The translations under genes and the position numbers were made by a program. From Tubiluchus corallicola (Eukaryota > Animalia > Priapulida): a stretch of 64,000 nucleotides of DNA. The stretch is taken from the NCBI GenBank assembly GCA_030141605.1, contig JAQGDQ010000134.1, positions 186,001 to 250,000 of the forward strand. Direction: 5' to 3'. A model generated the notes under the pieces. It was not told where the DNA came from, did not search any database, and was given only the letters and a program-made list of their open reading frames with translations. Shown piece after piece: positions 1 through 13,310 of the stretch. Every line of letters begins with the position of its first letter. Position 1 is the stretch's first letter.

Positions 1-811
1 TTTGAGCACCAGACTAGCGAACTGCAACTTTTTAAGCTATTTTAATCTATGTAAACTATTCTTTTCTTTGTTGTAGGCTATCTCCATTTAAGTTTTTTCG
101 CTTAATGATTAAATTTTTACTGCACATGTATTTGTTTTATAACTACGAGTGTAAATTATTTCATATTGTATTTCGTGGCCAGTATAAGTGCTTCAGGTTT
201 GCTGCCATTTTCTTTTATGGAAATGTGTTTTTATAAACGTTCTTCAAGAAAAATAAAAAATAAAATTACCAATGCCAAGATTTTCATTTATAATTCCAGT
301 TCATTGTAACTTGTGCCATCTTGTAGCTGCCACATTTCACTTTACACTTTCTGGCAGAAGAAGAAAATGTCCTTGGGGTGCTTTTATAAATAAATTATGT
401 TGATTATTGAACTGTGCTGCTTCTTTCGCTCGTCATTTGCGCGTCCTTCGGATGAATGAGCTAGGCAATTCTTGATTATTTTGTCCATTTCTAAAATGTG
501 CAGAAGTGAATTAAATTTGTATGCGGCCTGTGAATTTTTTGAATCATTTGCCAATGAAATGCTGAATCATGAATTTCTACTTGCGTCCAGTTACCAATGA
601 TGGTTTCTACTATAAGTTTCTAAGCTAATTACGAAACATTACCTCGTGATTAAACACACATAAAATGTTTCCTTATAAAAATACACATAAAAAAACTACA
701 TTTTCTAAAGATATTTTTCAAGTCACCTGTTTAGCTTGTTACAAAACAAATTAAAGTAATGTTTTGTTTGCTAAAGTTGGTATTTTGTATCCCGCTTCTG
801 TTTTCTGACAA

Positions 812-1170
812 GGTGCAATGGCCAAGTGGTATAGCATTTCTAAGGCACCCAACCATGGGTTCTGGGTTGAATCCACACATAGGGATTTTGTGCCATTTGC
901 CATTCAAATATAGAATTCTCTGGCTGCTTTCTTAGGTCTTCTCAGCCTTATCTGAATACCTGGTTATAGCTTGTGAACAGAGCTGGATAAGAGAAATACA
1001 CTACAGAGAACGCCACTATCGACTGACAGGGATCCACAGTAGTCTTTCCCTTTTTATAAGCCCAGGTGTGCACGTGACTGATGGTTAACTGCTGCAAGTT
1101 CAGAGTTTGAATCTGTTCTAAAGGTACACTCACATGCACACCTGAGAGGTTCACTGTATTCCCTTGCCAA
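812..1170 (+). mobile_element. tRNA-derived SINE-like element (degenerate) in TULP4 intron
   Basis: Pol III A-box-like TGGCCAAGTGG (~819) and B-box-like GGGTTGAATCC (~864) without a proper cloverleaf, followed by a non-tRNA body and an AT-rich tail. 3' end approximate. Confidence 0.45.
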
Positions 1171-1311
1171 CATTAAATTTTATAAATTTAACTTTAATTT
1201 TTCAATTTAATTTCAAGTTTATTTATTTAATTTTAATTTAATTCTTAGCCTAATCCAGCCATGAGTACAATGTTTTAGCCTGCATTTATGCTGAAAGATA
1301 TTATATTTTAG

Positions 1312-4300
1312 CGGCAAGTGTCGGCATTGACATGGGGACACAATGACAAGCGGCTATTTATTGCGACCGGCTGCATCATCCACACCGCTTGGGTGACAAG
1401 GAAGGTCAGCTCGCTGCAGCTTCTCAGCAAGGTTGCCATTAGGAGGGCAATTCAGGAAGAGGGAAATGTTCAGCGGCTTCCTCTTCCTCCTCGGCTGAGG
1501 CAGCTTGTCGGAAATCTCTTTTCTACTACTATTAAGGTACTGTAATTATTTTTGGTATTACTGTATGCTGGAACTGATGTCGAGGGTTAAAATGTTGTTA
1601 CTGCACGGCAGTCATTAACATTTACATCAATATAATTTGGCCAGCATTGTTTCAATACTGTAATACATTCATTATTAATTATAACATTAAAAATCTTCAT
1701 TCAGAATTATACAACAAGCCTTCTATTTGCAGGGAACATAAGTACAAAGATCTTGAATAAATTTTTACATTATGTACATTACATAATTTTTTACATTAAA
1801 TTCTTCACAGTAACATTGATTCCGAAACATGCTAGCAATTCTGTATTAGGATTTTACTATTTCCAGTTACATATCCTGCATTTGCATATAATGTTTATAC
1901 ATGTTATATTCTATATACAAGTAGTATATATATTGTATCTTTTACATATATAAAGAATGTTGTGCTGTTATTATTCATACGTAAACAGATTGCTAATATA
2001 ATCAATTTACTGTAAGATCATTTTTAGTTAGTTCTTTTATATTATTATCTATATATATTTTAATTACATTTTCTCTTTTCTTTCTCTCTGTTTCTCTTTT
2101 TGTATGTAGTCCAAACATCATTATTTTTTAATATGTGTTCGAGATTCACCCTTATCTCTTGCCTAACAAATGGTAATGGACAATGAAAAATTAAATGCTC
2201 TGTGGTTTACCTGCCCAAACCGCATTCACACAGATCTGTATCTATTATTACTATTCTGTATTTAAACGATTTGTATTAATCATTTAATATATTCAGTAAG
2301 TGTCATTACGAACAATCACACTGTATTATTTTGAAATCTTGGCTCTTTATTTTGTAGAGGGAGGATGGATGTACATCCGAGCATAGCTGAAATTTCTCTT
2401 TCGGTTCAATAGTTGATCTGAGAGGGATATCCTTGATAGTGGGCTAAGTTCTGGTTATGCCACAATCATTGTATTGAGTATACCCTGTTTAGAATGCTAG
2501 ATTCCTGCTTCTGGTGTGTCGAAGTATATTAAAGAATAATTGCCCGCTTTCTTTCCCTAAAGTTGTTCAGCTTTTTCTCTGTGAACCAGTAATTGTAATT
2601 CTCCTAGACTGTAGGCCTGATTCAATGCATTAATTAACAACTTTCATTTAGGGTCACATTCCACATCCACATAAGCTCCGCGAATTTACCATCGCAACTC
2701 CTCCCCGCCAGGAGCGCCTTTACTGCACGATGATACGTAGCGGCGACGACATCACGGCTAGCTCCACCTACACACTGTATTTGGAATATTTGGGCGGATT
2801 GGTTCCGCTGCTGAGAGGCAGGAGGGTGAGCAAGATTCGACCTGAATTTGTGATATATGATCCTAAGATCCAGGGTAAGCTCTACTGCTTAGTAGTTTTT
2901 ATCTTGCTTGTAATAATAAAATGAATTTTGTGCCTGTGTGTTGCTCATATTAATAAAAGCTAAAGGCAGGCATTGGTCAGCCTTGCGACATGACGCAACA
3001 ACAACTGAGAGCAACTGAACACTTGGCAACTGGCTATATACGGTATGCCGCTAGTTTCAAGAATATCCAGTCGACATAAGCAAGCTTACCGCGCAATGCA
3101 GCGCAACTCAATTCCAGCGAATTGCTCATGTTCTGCTCGCGGAATACGGTATCCATGCAGTTTTAGTCTGAATATTGTTTGATGATGATTGTGGTCTGGC
3201 CAGAGATTTTTTGTTTGTATACACTCAGTCATAGTCGAACTGAACATTGTTGCAACGTGCGGGAACTCGTATCTTCCTAGTTACTGGAAATCAGTCGCAG
3301 TCGACCTGAGCATGTGTCTAAGACTGTTTCCAGTCAGTTGATTCAAGTTGCATCGCATCGCAGATCGACCTAAGCTTGGCTCAAGAGCAGTTTTGTTTCA
3401 TTGTACACTTTTCAAGGTCATATTTACCAAAAAAAAAGCTAATGATTTCGGGTAAAGTATCTACTTAGCAGTATAGTATATATGCAGTAGCAATTAAAAC
3501 TGTGTACAACTGTGTTATGCGCCCTTGCCCTTTTAATCTTTTCAGGTTACAGGATTACACTAAGCAGTAGTAATTTTTCGAGTGTTGTATTTGCTATGTC
3601 CTCATGGCTAGGTGATACTGTCTAAGACTAACAAGCATAATCTGCAGACTGTTTACCTGATTAGTATGTGATTTCCCCCATACCATTAGTTAAGTTAACA
3701 TTGCATAGCACTGATTGTGAATCTATCATGGACATGCATAGTGACCTTACTGATTATGTCTTTCTGTGCATCCTTGGTAACGATAATGTTGTCTTTTTTT
3801 TTGGTGGATCTTCCTTCTGTCTACCCAGTATACATACAGGGTAACAAAAGGTCTTTTTAACAAAAGTAGTTGGCAGTATTTAACCAATCTAGAAAGCACT
3901 GGTAACTAACACTTATCTCAAGTATGTTTAAACACTAGTGCCCTATAGACACTTTTTCTTGACACTCAAGAGTGTGTTTAGTCGCTGTCAAATAATGTAC
4001 CCAGTCACGTGGCTCTTTGTTCTCAAATATGATTCTATTTAACTTAGGTAACTGAGATTTGCGCATTGCATAACTTTAAAAAAGTGAGAGAAAATTCTCT
4101 ATCATGTCATTTTTGAAAGAAACAATATATTTTTGTCAGGTATTGTTTTTTTATTTTCATAGCTGCTGATGATGATACTGAACCATCCAGTAATCGGGAT
4201 TTGAAGGATAGCTCCAGTAGTTCCAGCGATTCCGACAGTTCACAATCAGACCTGGACCGGTGCGGATCACCACGCGTACAGCGTGAACGGCGAAAGTTAC

Positions 4301-7300
4301 GGCGTCGGCGGCGGCCGTTTGCGCGCGACCAGTCTCCGAAGCCAGTTTTGGCCGAGCATGAAGCTTGGGATGCCGACATGCTGCCACAGGTGAGTAAATG
4401 TTTTTGCTTGTTTCGTATGTTTCTAGCTTTGGAAGTTATAGAATTGCAGTTGATATAAAGCTATTTCATGGCTAAACGTGACTAAGAGTTTTGATGGTAG
4501 TTTTTCAAGTTTGAAATTTATGAAAATTTGTTCATTCCACACATCAAAGCAAAAGTACAAGTGGATAATATTAGGCTACAGAAAATAATATTTCTGAGAG
4601 GAGAACCTGTAAGTGACATGTATTGTGTTTCAGTCATTTAATACCTTTGCCAGCTTTCTTAAGATTTTTTTTAATGTCACTTGGTTAATCTGCTGCAAAC
4701 ATGGCACACATATAAATCATTTGTTAAAATTCTTGTAGACATTGTTAGATAGCATATCACAACAGCTGCTAGAAATGCTAAGTATATATGTGGTAAATAT
4801 GTTCCAGTGTATCACGTCTAAATTGAAAAACTGTAATTTATCAGATTTTGTCTTGCATTTCAGGAGGTGAAAATGGCCGAGGTAACATCCAATATCTGGG
4901 GTACGCGATTCAAGATTGTCGGCGTGGCTTCCTACCTGCCGACAAATCTTGGACAAGTCAACTATAAGACGAGCCTGCTTCACCTGCAACCACGTCAGAT
5001 GGCCATATTAATCACAGAATTACGGGATGATTTAAAGCCGGAGAAGGACCCAAATTTTTGTGCTGCCACATTTTCAGACGACGACGATACCGGTGGTGTG
5101 TAGTATTTAAATGATTGTTTTTTTTTGGTATTTTATAAATTACTTAGGATCTTTTTAGTTGTACAAGAACTGAAAATTGCATGTAGGTAAAGCAAAGCCG
5201 TCTGCTGCATCAGTTCAGTAACTTCAGTTGCAGTGCCGTTTTCTTGTTGTTTACATGGACTTCACTTAATTATGTATTAGTCTGTTCAATGTAGAGTGAT
5301 TTACTAGCAGGATCTTGCTTGGAAACAAAAAAAATGAACTAGGTAAGGTTCTGTCTAGCTGTTAAGACTGTTATTATTACACTAGCATGGCCTGCAAGGC
5401 GTTGTCAAGTGTACACGAGTGCAATGTCTGATTTACTTAATTTTTGACCTTTTCATGATCATTGTCAGTCGATGGAACTGTGAAAAGGCTTATTTAAGTG
5501 GTTGAATGAAGTTAAAAGTAAAAGTGACTATAAATCCTTTTCTTCGATTTATATCGTTCGTAATGTTTCTCCAACATATAACTTTAAACTCAAGGAATGA
5601 TCACTAGTATTTTTTGAAGTCTGACACGTATTTTACTTTATTGGTTTCCTCATTACAACATACACGAATTATAAATATTAATCGCTAAAACAAAGTTGAA
5701 AAAATTTTACTTACGCCCCTAAGAATATAAGCAAAGTTAAAAGTCTTTTCTAGTCGTAGGCTCAACAAACAACTTGCAAAATGACTGTCCCAGACGAGGT
5801 GTACGCTTGATCGCATCTACCTCTAACCACATACTTTTAAATCAGTATTGTATTGGGGCAACATTTTACTCCTTTTTGCAAGTCAAAATTTTCAGATAAG
5901 CAGTGTATTTTTTATTCTTTTTAATAACTAATCTTTTAAATTTGCAGTCCCCTGAAGAAACTTTGTGTAGTCAGTGATACACATGCAAACATTAAAAAAC
6001 GTTAAATGATACAGTACTAGTTACTTCATCATACGTAGCAATGATTACTGTGCGAATAAAAATAGCTATTTCCTTGTTTGTATTTCTATTTTATTAAAAT
6101 GAGTTTCACTAAAATGTTGCAATGGACTTACAGCTTCAAGTTGCGTAGATACGGATGTGCTCAATCCAGGAATTCCTACAGCATCCCCGGTCCCCATAGC
6201 ACCGATCATGTTTACCTCTGGTCACAGTATTAAGTCTCACAACACGGAAGACGGCTCTTTACAAGCTGAAGTGCATCGTATCGGACTGAGCGATGATGTA
6301 ACAGAAGTGACCAATGTGCTGCCCGATGACACCGCTGGTTCTAGTCAAACAATATTCTTAGAAAAGAATGTAGTGAACAAAGCCAATGCTTCTTGTCAAG
6401 CCAACATTCCTTTAGATGGTGCTGCAGCTCACGACCTTGACTTGAATCTGCCTCATGTGGTTTCGGCTACGGCAGATAGCCTTACTTCTCATCAAATGCA
6501 AAATGTGGTCAGTGAAAGCACTAGTCTGTGTCATACTGACATGAGAACTCGGGATAGTGGCCACGCATGCCACGTGATACAGCTTATTGACCGACTTAAC
6601 GACAATTCCGAATCATCGTCTAGTCTTTACTACAATGGCAACAGTTCCACATCACCTTCGTCTCATATTGCTGTGCATAGTACAGCTGAAACTAGTCTAG
6701 CGATGGCCACTAAGCCAGTCGTCGAAACCTGTGATACAGAAGATGACATTGAATCCCTGGGGAAGGTGTTGGGTGGGTGTCAGACAGATGATAATGACAG
6801 TAAAGCTTACAGTGACCTAGCATTGGACAGCGCTGGTAGCAGCGGAACATCGTCTGTTGACATTAGCGGAAAATTAGCCGCTGAGTCAAGTAAAGAATTG
6901 AACAACAGTTCTGCCTGTGTTAATGATGCCGGCAATGGCAGTGATGCCGCCGGTGTATTTACTGTGATGAACACGAGTATCACTACGTGGGCAGAACAAT
7001 CAGGGAAGATCGAATACATTGATGCTCAGGAAGAAGAGAAATCAAAGAGTCGTACGACCAGTTTGAGTTTGGACGTTCGGACTGCTGCCACTCGGAGGAG
7101 CCGTAGCGTCGGGCAGTTGCACATGTTTGACAGTGGCGCGCTCGTGATGGACTTTGTGGTGACGCCACTTATCAACACAGACAAGCAGAAACGGCTCGTA
7201 TTGAAGCCGTCGATTAAGCCGGAGTTGAAACATTACGGGAAGAGCAAGAGTTTGGACTCGAGCATATGGCTTGACGTGGGTGCAGCCGATACAACCAGCA

Positions 7301-10300
7301 TAATATGTGCTTACTTAGAGAAGCAGTCAGCAAAAGAGGCAAGCAAGTCCAGTGGAAAGGACTGTGCTTCATTACGGAGGCTACAGTCTGTCTTGAAACA
7401 AAACTCTCAAAATGTCGTCGAGCCAGAATCTGATTCTGCAAAGTTAATAAAGTCACGTGACCGAACTCCAGAAGTTATTCACTCCGCGCCACCCTCTCCG
7501 GCTCACGGAACTAATATACAAAAATCTAAGGTAATGTATGTTGTAAATTGTATTGTTATACTACCTGCGCCACTTTAATTACCCTTTTAACGTAACTATT
7601 TCCCGTAAATTTTCTCAAAAATCTAAGCCAAATTGTTGTCGCTTCCAAGCGTCATAGTTTCAATTCAGAAATTTGTATTAAAAGGCGACTAAATCGTAAA
7701 TGGTGTTATGGTAATCAAATCATAATCAGTTAAATTAAGTGTTTTAATAACTATTTCGCAATTACATACAAATATACAGTACTTTTTGCCAATGATACGA
7801 TAATGATAAACTATTTTTTAGATGACACAATACGGCAGATTATTTCGAATTATGAAAGCGGTACTGAAGTTAGTCAATTAATGCAACAACAGAAAATTAT
7901 CATTAAAAAATAAAATTATTAAGTGCTTCAGTACCTTTAGTACTGTATAATTAAATGGCTAATGGCTACTAGTTATGAAACACAAGTTTGTTTGTCATAA
8001 TGATTCATAAATAAGTAAGATGCCAAAAAAACACATATTACTCCGATAAAAATATTTATCGTGAAAGTGATGTCTGTGAAAATGACAGTGTATTTGACAT
8101 CTGCGAGTCGGTATGAAAGTGTATAAAGGGGTCTCTCTACTTTGTCAGTATGATTTAGAATGAATATAGTCATTATTGCCCGGCAAAAGTAGAAGAAAAT
8201 GTTTTGGCATCTGACAATTTTATAATTTTAAATAATTCCTTTCATCCACTTCTTTGGTAATTCCTGTAAATAAGTCCGAAAAAAGTGAAGCGCTTTTGTA
8301 AAGGTAAGCGATAAGCACCGATACGTGCCGAATTCGATACAATAATGATATTCCTAGTATGATACCCATACAATAACGATAAGAACATTTTCCATATTGA
8401 TACAATATTTGACCAATATATATCATTATGATTAACATCCCTAGTAGCAACCATTTGGCAAAAGCTGGCTGGCACGTATCTAAGACTCAATGCACGCTAA
8501 GTTAAAGCCTAAAAAACAGTGTAAGTCATGCTTCAGCTGACCATTACAATCATTGTATTATGTGATTTTATTAAAATTTTAGATACCGGAATTGTCGCTA
8601 ATGCATCTCTTTAGTTGGCTGAGCATTCTCCAACTCCTCATTAAAGTGAGTGGTACAACAGTTGACTTGTCATCACTGTTTTTGTGATTTCCACTAACAG
8701 AGTGTTCTTGCTTGGCTTTACTAATACAGGGCAAACTGGGCAAAAAACACAAGAAGGGTACCGCCAAGAAACTCCGTCGTCGGTCGAAGAGCGCCGACAC
8801 GGCTAGTTCGGAAGACGAATTGAGTGCGGAAAACGTGACAAGCCGAAACTACAAGAACTTGCAAAGTTTTCAAAAATCTCATATCAAGCAAAAGGTGAGT
8901 ATGTCAGCTCGGTGTTTCGCACAAGGTAAATTGGTTTGATGTAATTTCGTTTGAAAAGCAGATATCCTAGTTGCACATTAAGTACAAGTTTGCTTAGTTT
9001 CGAATCGCATTTATAGACTGCATCTTTCGTCACTTGCAATGTACTTTTTAAAAGCATGGTTTTTGGTTTGTCATTTCTAACTTATGTGTGCGTTTTTAGC
9101 ATGATATATCATCAGTTTCATAATGGTGGCTGTGGTTGGTTGTGTGCTCCTAGGATGAGATCTCAGACCTCCTCTGCTGTGGTGGGCAAATAATTCAAAT
9201 TGTAGAGCGTGCAACCTGATATGGCAAGGTTCTGGGTTCAAGTCCTTGGCCAATAACTTTTTAGGGCCTTTTTCATTTAACTAACTATCAGGTAAATTGT
9301 TGTAAAGAGTGATGTCCTTTAATGTGATCCGTACTTAACACGGTTTGTAGCTACGATAGTTTTACTGGGTACACCCATCTAAGTTGCCTATGTTTCTGCC
9401 ACTAATATCTCTTTTTCCTATTGCTAAAACAGACTGAAACTTTTTAGTCACATTTTTTCACACTGAAGAACAGAAAATGTTAGCGGCAGTCCTTACGACA
9501 GTGTTTTTAGCGTGGTTAATTTTTTCGACTTTAGATGAGAAAGGTCAAGAAAGCTGAGAGTGCCTCCGGGACACCGATCAAGTCGCCAAAACGTCTGGAA
9601 TTTGCCATGCATAATAAGGCACCATTGTGGAATGAAACAAACCAGGTTTATCAACTCGACTTTGGAGGCAGAGTAACACAGGAGTCGGCCAAAAATTTCC
9701 AGGTGGAATTCAAGGGAAAACAGGTAGGCAATCTGATAGGTAGGAATCTTGCCATGACTGTTTCGTCATGGAATTCATTAGGTGTTAAAACAATCTTTGT
9801 ATATGAAAGTTTAGTATTTGTCTTTCGTGTTTTAACCCTTGCTACATTAATCTGGAAAGTGCTCTCGGGACCTCTTTTCACTGGTCCCTAAATGCCAACA
9901 GGTTGTCCATAGTTCTCATGTTACATGTAGAACAGCTACGTGTAAATCCAGTTTTTCCTCAGGCTTCCTTATCCGTGGAACGCTACTAGAAAGTTGTTTC
10001 CCTGAAAACTACAAGCTTAAGTGACATGTAAATTATGCGAATGAGGATGTGCTTTGGGGGTACAGAATAGATAAAATTGGTTTATACTGTTTTCAATGCA
10101 TCAGTTTATGCAGCCTGCAGATGCGTTATTCTTTTTATGCAGATATTTCCTATTGATTTTTTTCTGCATCGGCAAGTTACGTAAACGCCGCTTGATTCTT
10201 ATTAAACTACCTTCTCTACTAGCAAATTGGTTATTATTGATAATCTGTAGGCTTATTTTTTTATTTATAGGTGATGCAGTTTGGCAGGATAGACGGGAAT

Positions 10301-10387
10301 GCATATACATTAGATTTCCAGTATCCCTTCACAGCTGTCCAGGCATTTGCAGTTGCTCTTGCTAACGTCACGCAGCGATTAAAGTAA
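1312..10387 (+). CDS. TULP4: Tubby-related protein 4 (WD40/SOCS-box/Tubby C-terminal), 5'-partial; upstream exons lie outside the window
   Basis: GT-AG exons with consistent phases: 1312-1536, 2652-2874, 4163-4389, 4864-5095, 6134-7530, 8730-8894, 9535-9723, 10271-10387 (TAA). Motifs match TULP4: SOCS-box [101 protein letters not shown], and C-terminus [38 protein letters not shown]. Confidence 0.95.
2964..3381. mobile_element. MITE (PIF/Harbinger-like, tentative), copy 1
   Basis: ~420 bp that aligns along its length, in reverse orientation, to 60557-60960. Imperfect terminal inverted repeats (AGGCAGGC.T.GGTC.. / ..GACCTAAGCTTGGCT) and TAA adjacent to one end. Confidence 0.6.
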
Positions 10388-12423
10388 AGGCAACTCACTT
10401 CATTTTCCTTATAATTGCTTCATAGTTTATTTCAGATCACATAACTTGACTGCAAATATCTTACTGCAGTCTCAAACATGTTTAAGATTATGAGTTGGTG
10501 TTTAAATCTTCGTTACTAAATTTTTTAAGCCAAGCTTGACCAATAGGTAGGAAATAAGAAATAAAAAGTTGGGAGCTAGACTTCAATCGGAAATTCAGTT
10601 CCAATTAAAAAAACAAGCTTTAAAATTTGTGTGTTAGATTCGGACCCGTTCATAATTTTCACATTTTTGCCTCAAGTCTGATTTTCAAAATTTAATAATT
10701 ACCAATCCATTTCATCACTAATTCAAATTCTTTCACAAAGTTTCTAAAATGCTGTGATTCTACTTATGACGGTTTTTAAGATGTGCATTTAACTCGTACT
10801 CATTAATTGACCGTGCCTAAAAATTCAAGCTTTGTAGCTCGCACTTTTGTTTTGGCTAAATGAGTCAGTAAGCATCGCGTATGACTGGATATGTGCACCA
10901 GAACCACATTACCATCTTCCTTGTTACATAGCAGTTAAAAAACGTGCAAACATTTTGGAGTTGTGATTAAAAAAAGTTAACATACAGATGAAATACCTGC
11001 AAACAGAGATGTTGGCTGAACTAGTGAAAGAAAACTGTTGCCTCTAGACACAGATTTCATGTTATATTTTAGTGTTGTGTTCTCAAACAGGGTGTTGCAA
11101 GATTTCTCAATAATTTTGAATTAAAGGATTTGTCAGTAGAAAGCAAAAAACAGTACCATGATAACGACACCTTGTATTCGTATGTGGTGGATGAGTCACA
11201 CAAGTTCAGGAGCTGTCATAAAAAAGAACCCCTACTTTTACTGCTGAGCACCAAATTAGAAATTTGTTATGGTTTAAATATCTGAAAATCTCCTCTAAAA
11301 ATCATAAAAAATTCTTTCTACTTCTTGATTTTTTGGTGCTGTATAGGTATGGTGGACCTTTCTGTTTTAATGCTTGTTGTATTTCCTGACTGTTTCTGAT
11401 TTTTGTTTGTTATCAATAAAAATTAGAATTTTGATAACTGCATAATAAACCAGGTGTGCTATACCCGTTTCATTTTATTATAACCTTAGTTTGTTATAAA
11501 TCATGGCATTAAAGTTACAAACAATTTCTTAATTTTAGTGCAAACTTTTCTATTTCATGTGGTAGGTCGTACCACATATAGTATCCTGGCCAATACATGT
11601 GCAAAATAGGATTTTGTACAAACACAAATGGTGCATTTTATATACGATACAGTGCCGTTTTAGTAACAGCAGTTATTATTATTAATATATTATTCATATA
11701 CACTCTTTCTACACTTTTAAATTGATTTAGTCGATTTTATAATTTTTACTTGATATCGTTAAGTCGTTGTTGTATTGTCGCATTTGCCTTCTAATTTACA
11801 GTATTCAGTCACATGAGGCCCGTTGGGAGCATCCGAAATGTGGATTTGTGTAGAGTAAATGTGTGCTAGAGATTCTCCCCTCGTGTTGTTGCTTTTTTTA
11901 GTGCAAAGTTGTTTTGATGTTGTAAATTATTGGTGTAATTGCATAATAAATTTATACATTGTTAAGGGTAAAAAATTTGGAAGGGCTCAACTATTTTCAA
12001 ATGTCCTGGTAGGGGTTAATTTTCAATCAATTTGACACAAACTAACAAGCTTATTATGACCAAAATTATATAAAATCCACTGAAATAAATGTAGTGGGAC
12101 TGTGGTGTCATCTTTCAGCAGAAAACAGAAACATTATATTGCACTTTTGCCACTTTTACTCATCTTTTAAAGATACGATTTTTATTAAAAGAATTTTTAG
12201 GTAAAATTTGTGCCTGGGTTCAACCATTTAGTCAATATCTAGTCTGTGTTTAATAATTTAAAATGTTGTAAATGATGTTATTGTGTGTAAATGTGTTTCG
12301 GGGCTAAGAATATATTTGAATCTGTAAATATCTCAGACATTTACTTCAATCTCAAACTCTTATAGAATAATAACAGTAATAGAAGATTCTCTAGCAGCCA
12401 GCACTAGCAAGTAATGAATTTAC

Positions 12424-12511
12424 AGTACAGTACACAGTGCATATTGTACTTGCAATACAATGCACAGTGCATATTGTACTTGCACTACAGTACACAGTGC
12501 ATATTGTACTT
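12424..12511. repeat. 3 x 30-bp tandem repeat (TACAGTACACAGTGCATATTGTACTTGCA-like)
   Basis: Three consecutive near-identical 30-mers seen directly. Confidence 0.85.
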
Positions 12512-12958
12512 TTGTACTTGCGCATAGAACTTTTTCTAGAACTCTTGTTACTTTTTATGCCATTTTCTAACAAGTGCAAATTTGAGTCGATTGTTGGTCT
12601 GTATCGCACGAGTTTCGTCAAGATTGTACAGTTGTCGAATAGGTGGTTGTATGTCGTAAGATGAAATAAAAATGGATTTTGTTCAAAAAGACCGTCTATT
12701 TGATTTTAATTGCGAACTTTTATTTTGCAAAAATACATAATGCTGACAGTGTTTAGCAAAAATATAATCTCTTTGTTATCTAAAACAAAGTAAGAACTAC
12801 AAAAATGCATTTTATTTATCCTTTACATGCAATTTAGTGTGAATTTGGGCTTTTGGGCTAACCTTATTTATTCTCAGTTGCTATGGGTACAAAATCGCTG
12901 TTTTTATGGTCACAAGCAAGTATATCAGCATAAAATGGTTCCACCTGTATATTTACAA

Positions 12959-12960
<2 letters not shown>

Positions 12961-12994
<34 letters not shown>
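12961..12994. repeat. (TA)n microsatellite
   Basis: Direct observation. Confidence 0.95.
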
Positions 12995-12995
<1 letters not shown>

Positions 12996-13310
12996 CAAAA
13001 TATATAATCTACTTGCCACAAAAGTAAAAATACAATAATGAAAAAAATGAGATTTGGGCAGATTTGTTTTTTCACAATTCAGCACACCGAAAACTGGAGT
13101 GCAGGGCCTATAAATATAATGTAGTACGTTTTGCATTATTAGTAGCAATTAATGTAATTACTGGATATAAAATAATTAATCTTACCTTCATGAAAATTTA
13201 ATTTGCATAACAAGAGCACCAAAATGAAAATTGACAAAAAAATTGACCACTACGAGAACTGCCAGAATGGGATGCCATTTTCTGCAGAAAGTGTCTCGCG
13301 TGTACCTCCA

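Noticed and set aside
6134-7530. 473-aa stand-alone ORF
   Set aside because: It is an internal low-complexity exon of TULP4 with in-phase splice sites; a long disordered region is normal for TULP4.
12424-12511. CRISPR-like appearance of 30-bp repeats
   Set aside because: Units are contiguous with no unique spacers, there are no cas genes, and the context is eukaryotic.
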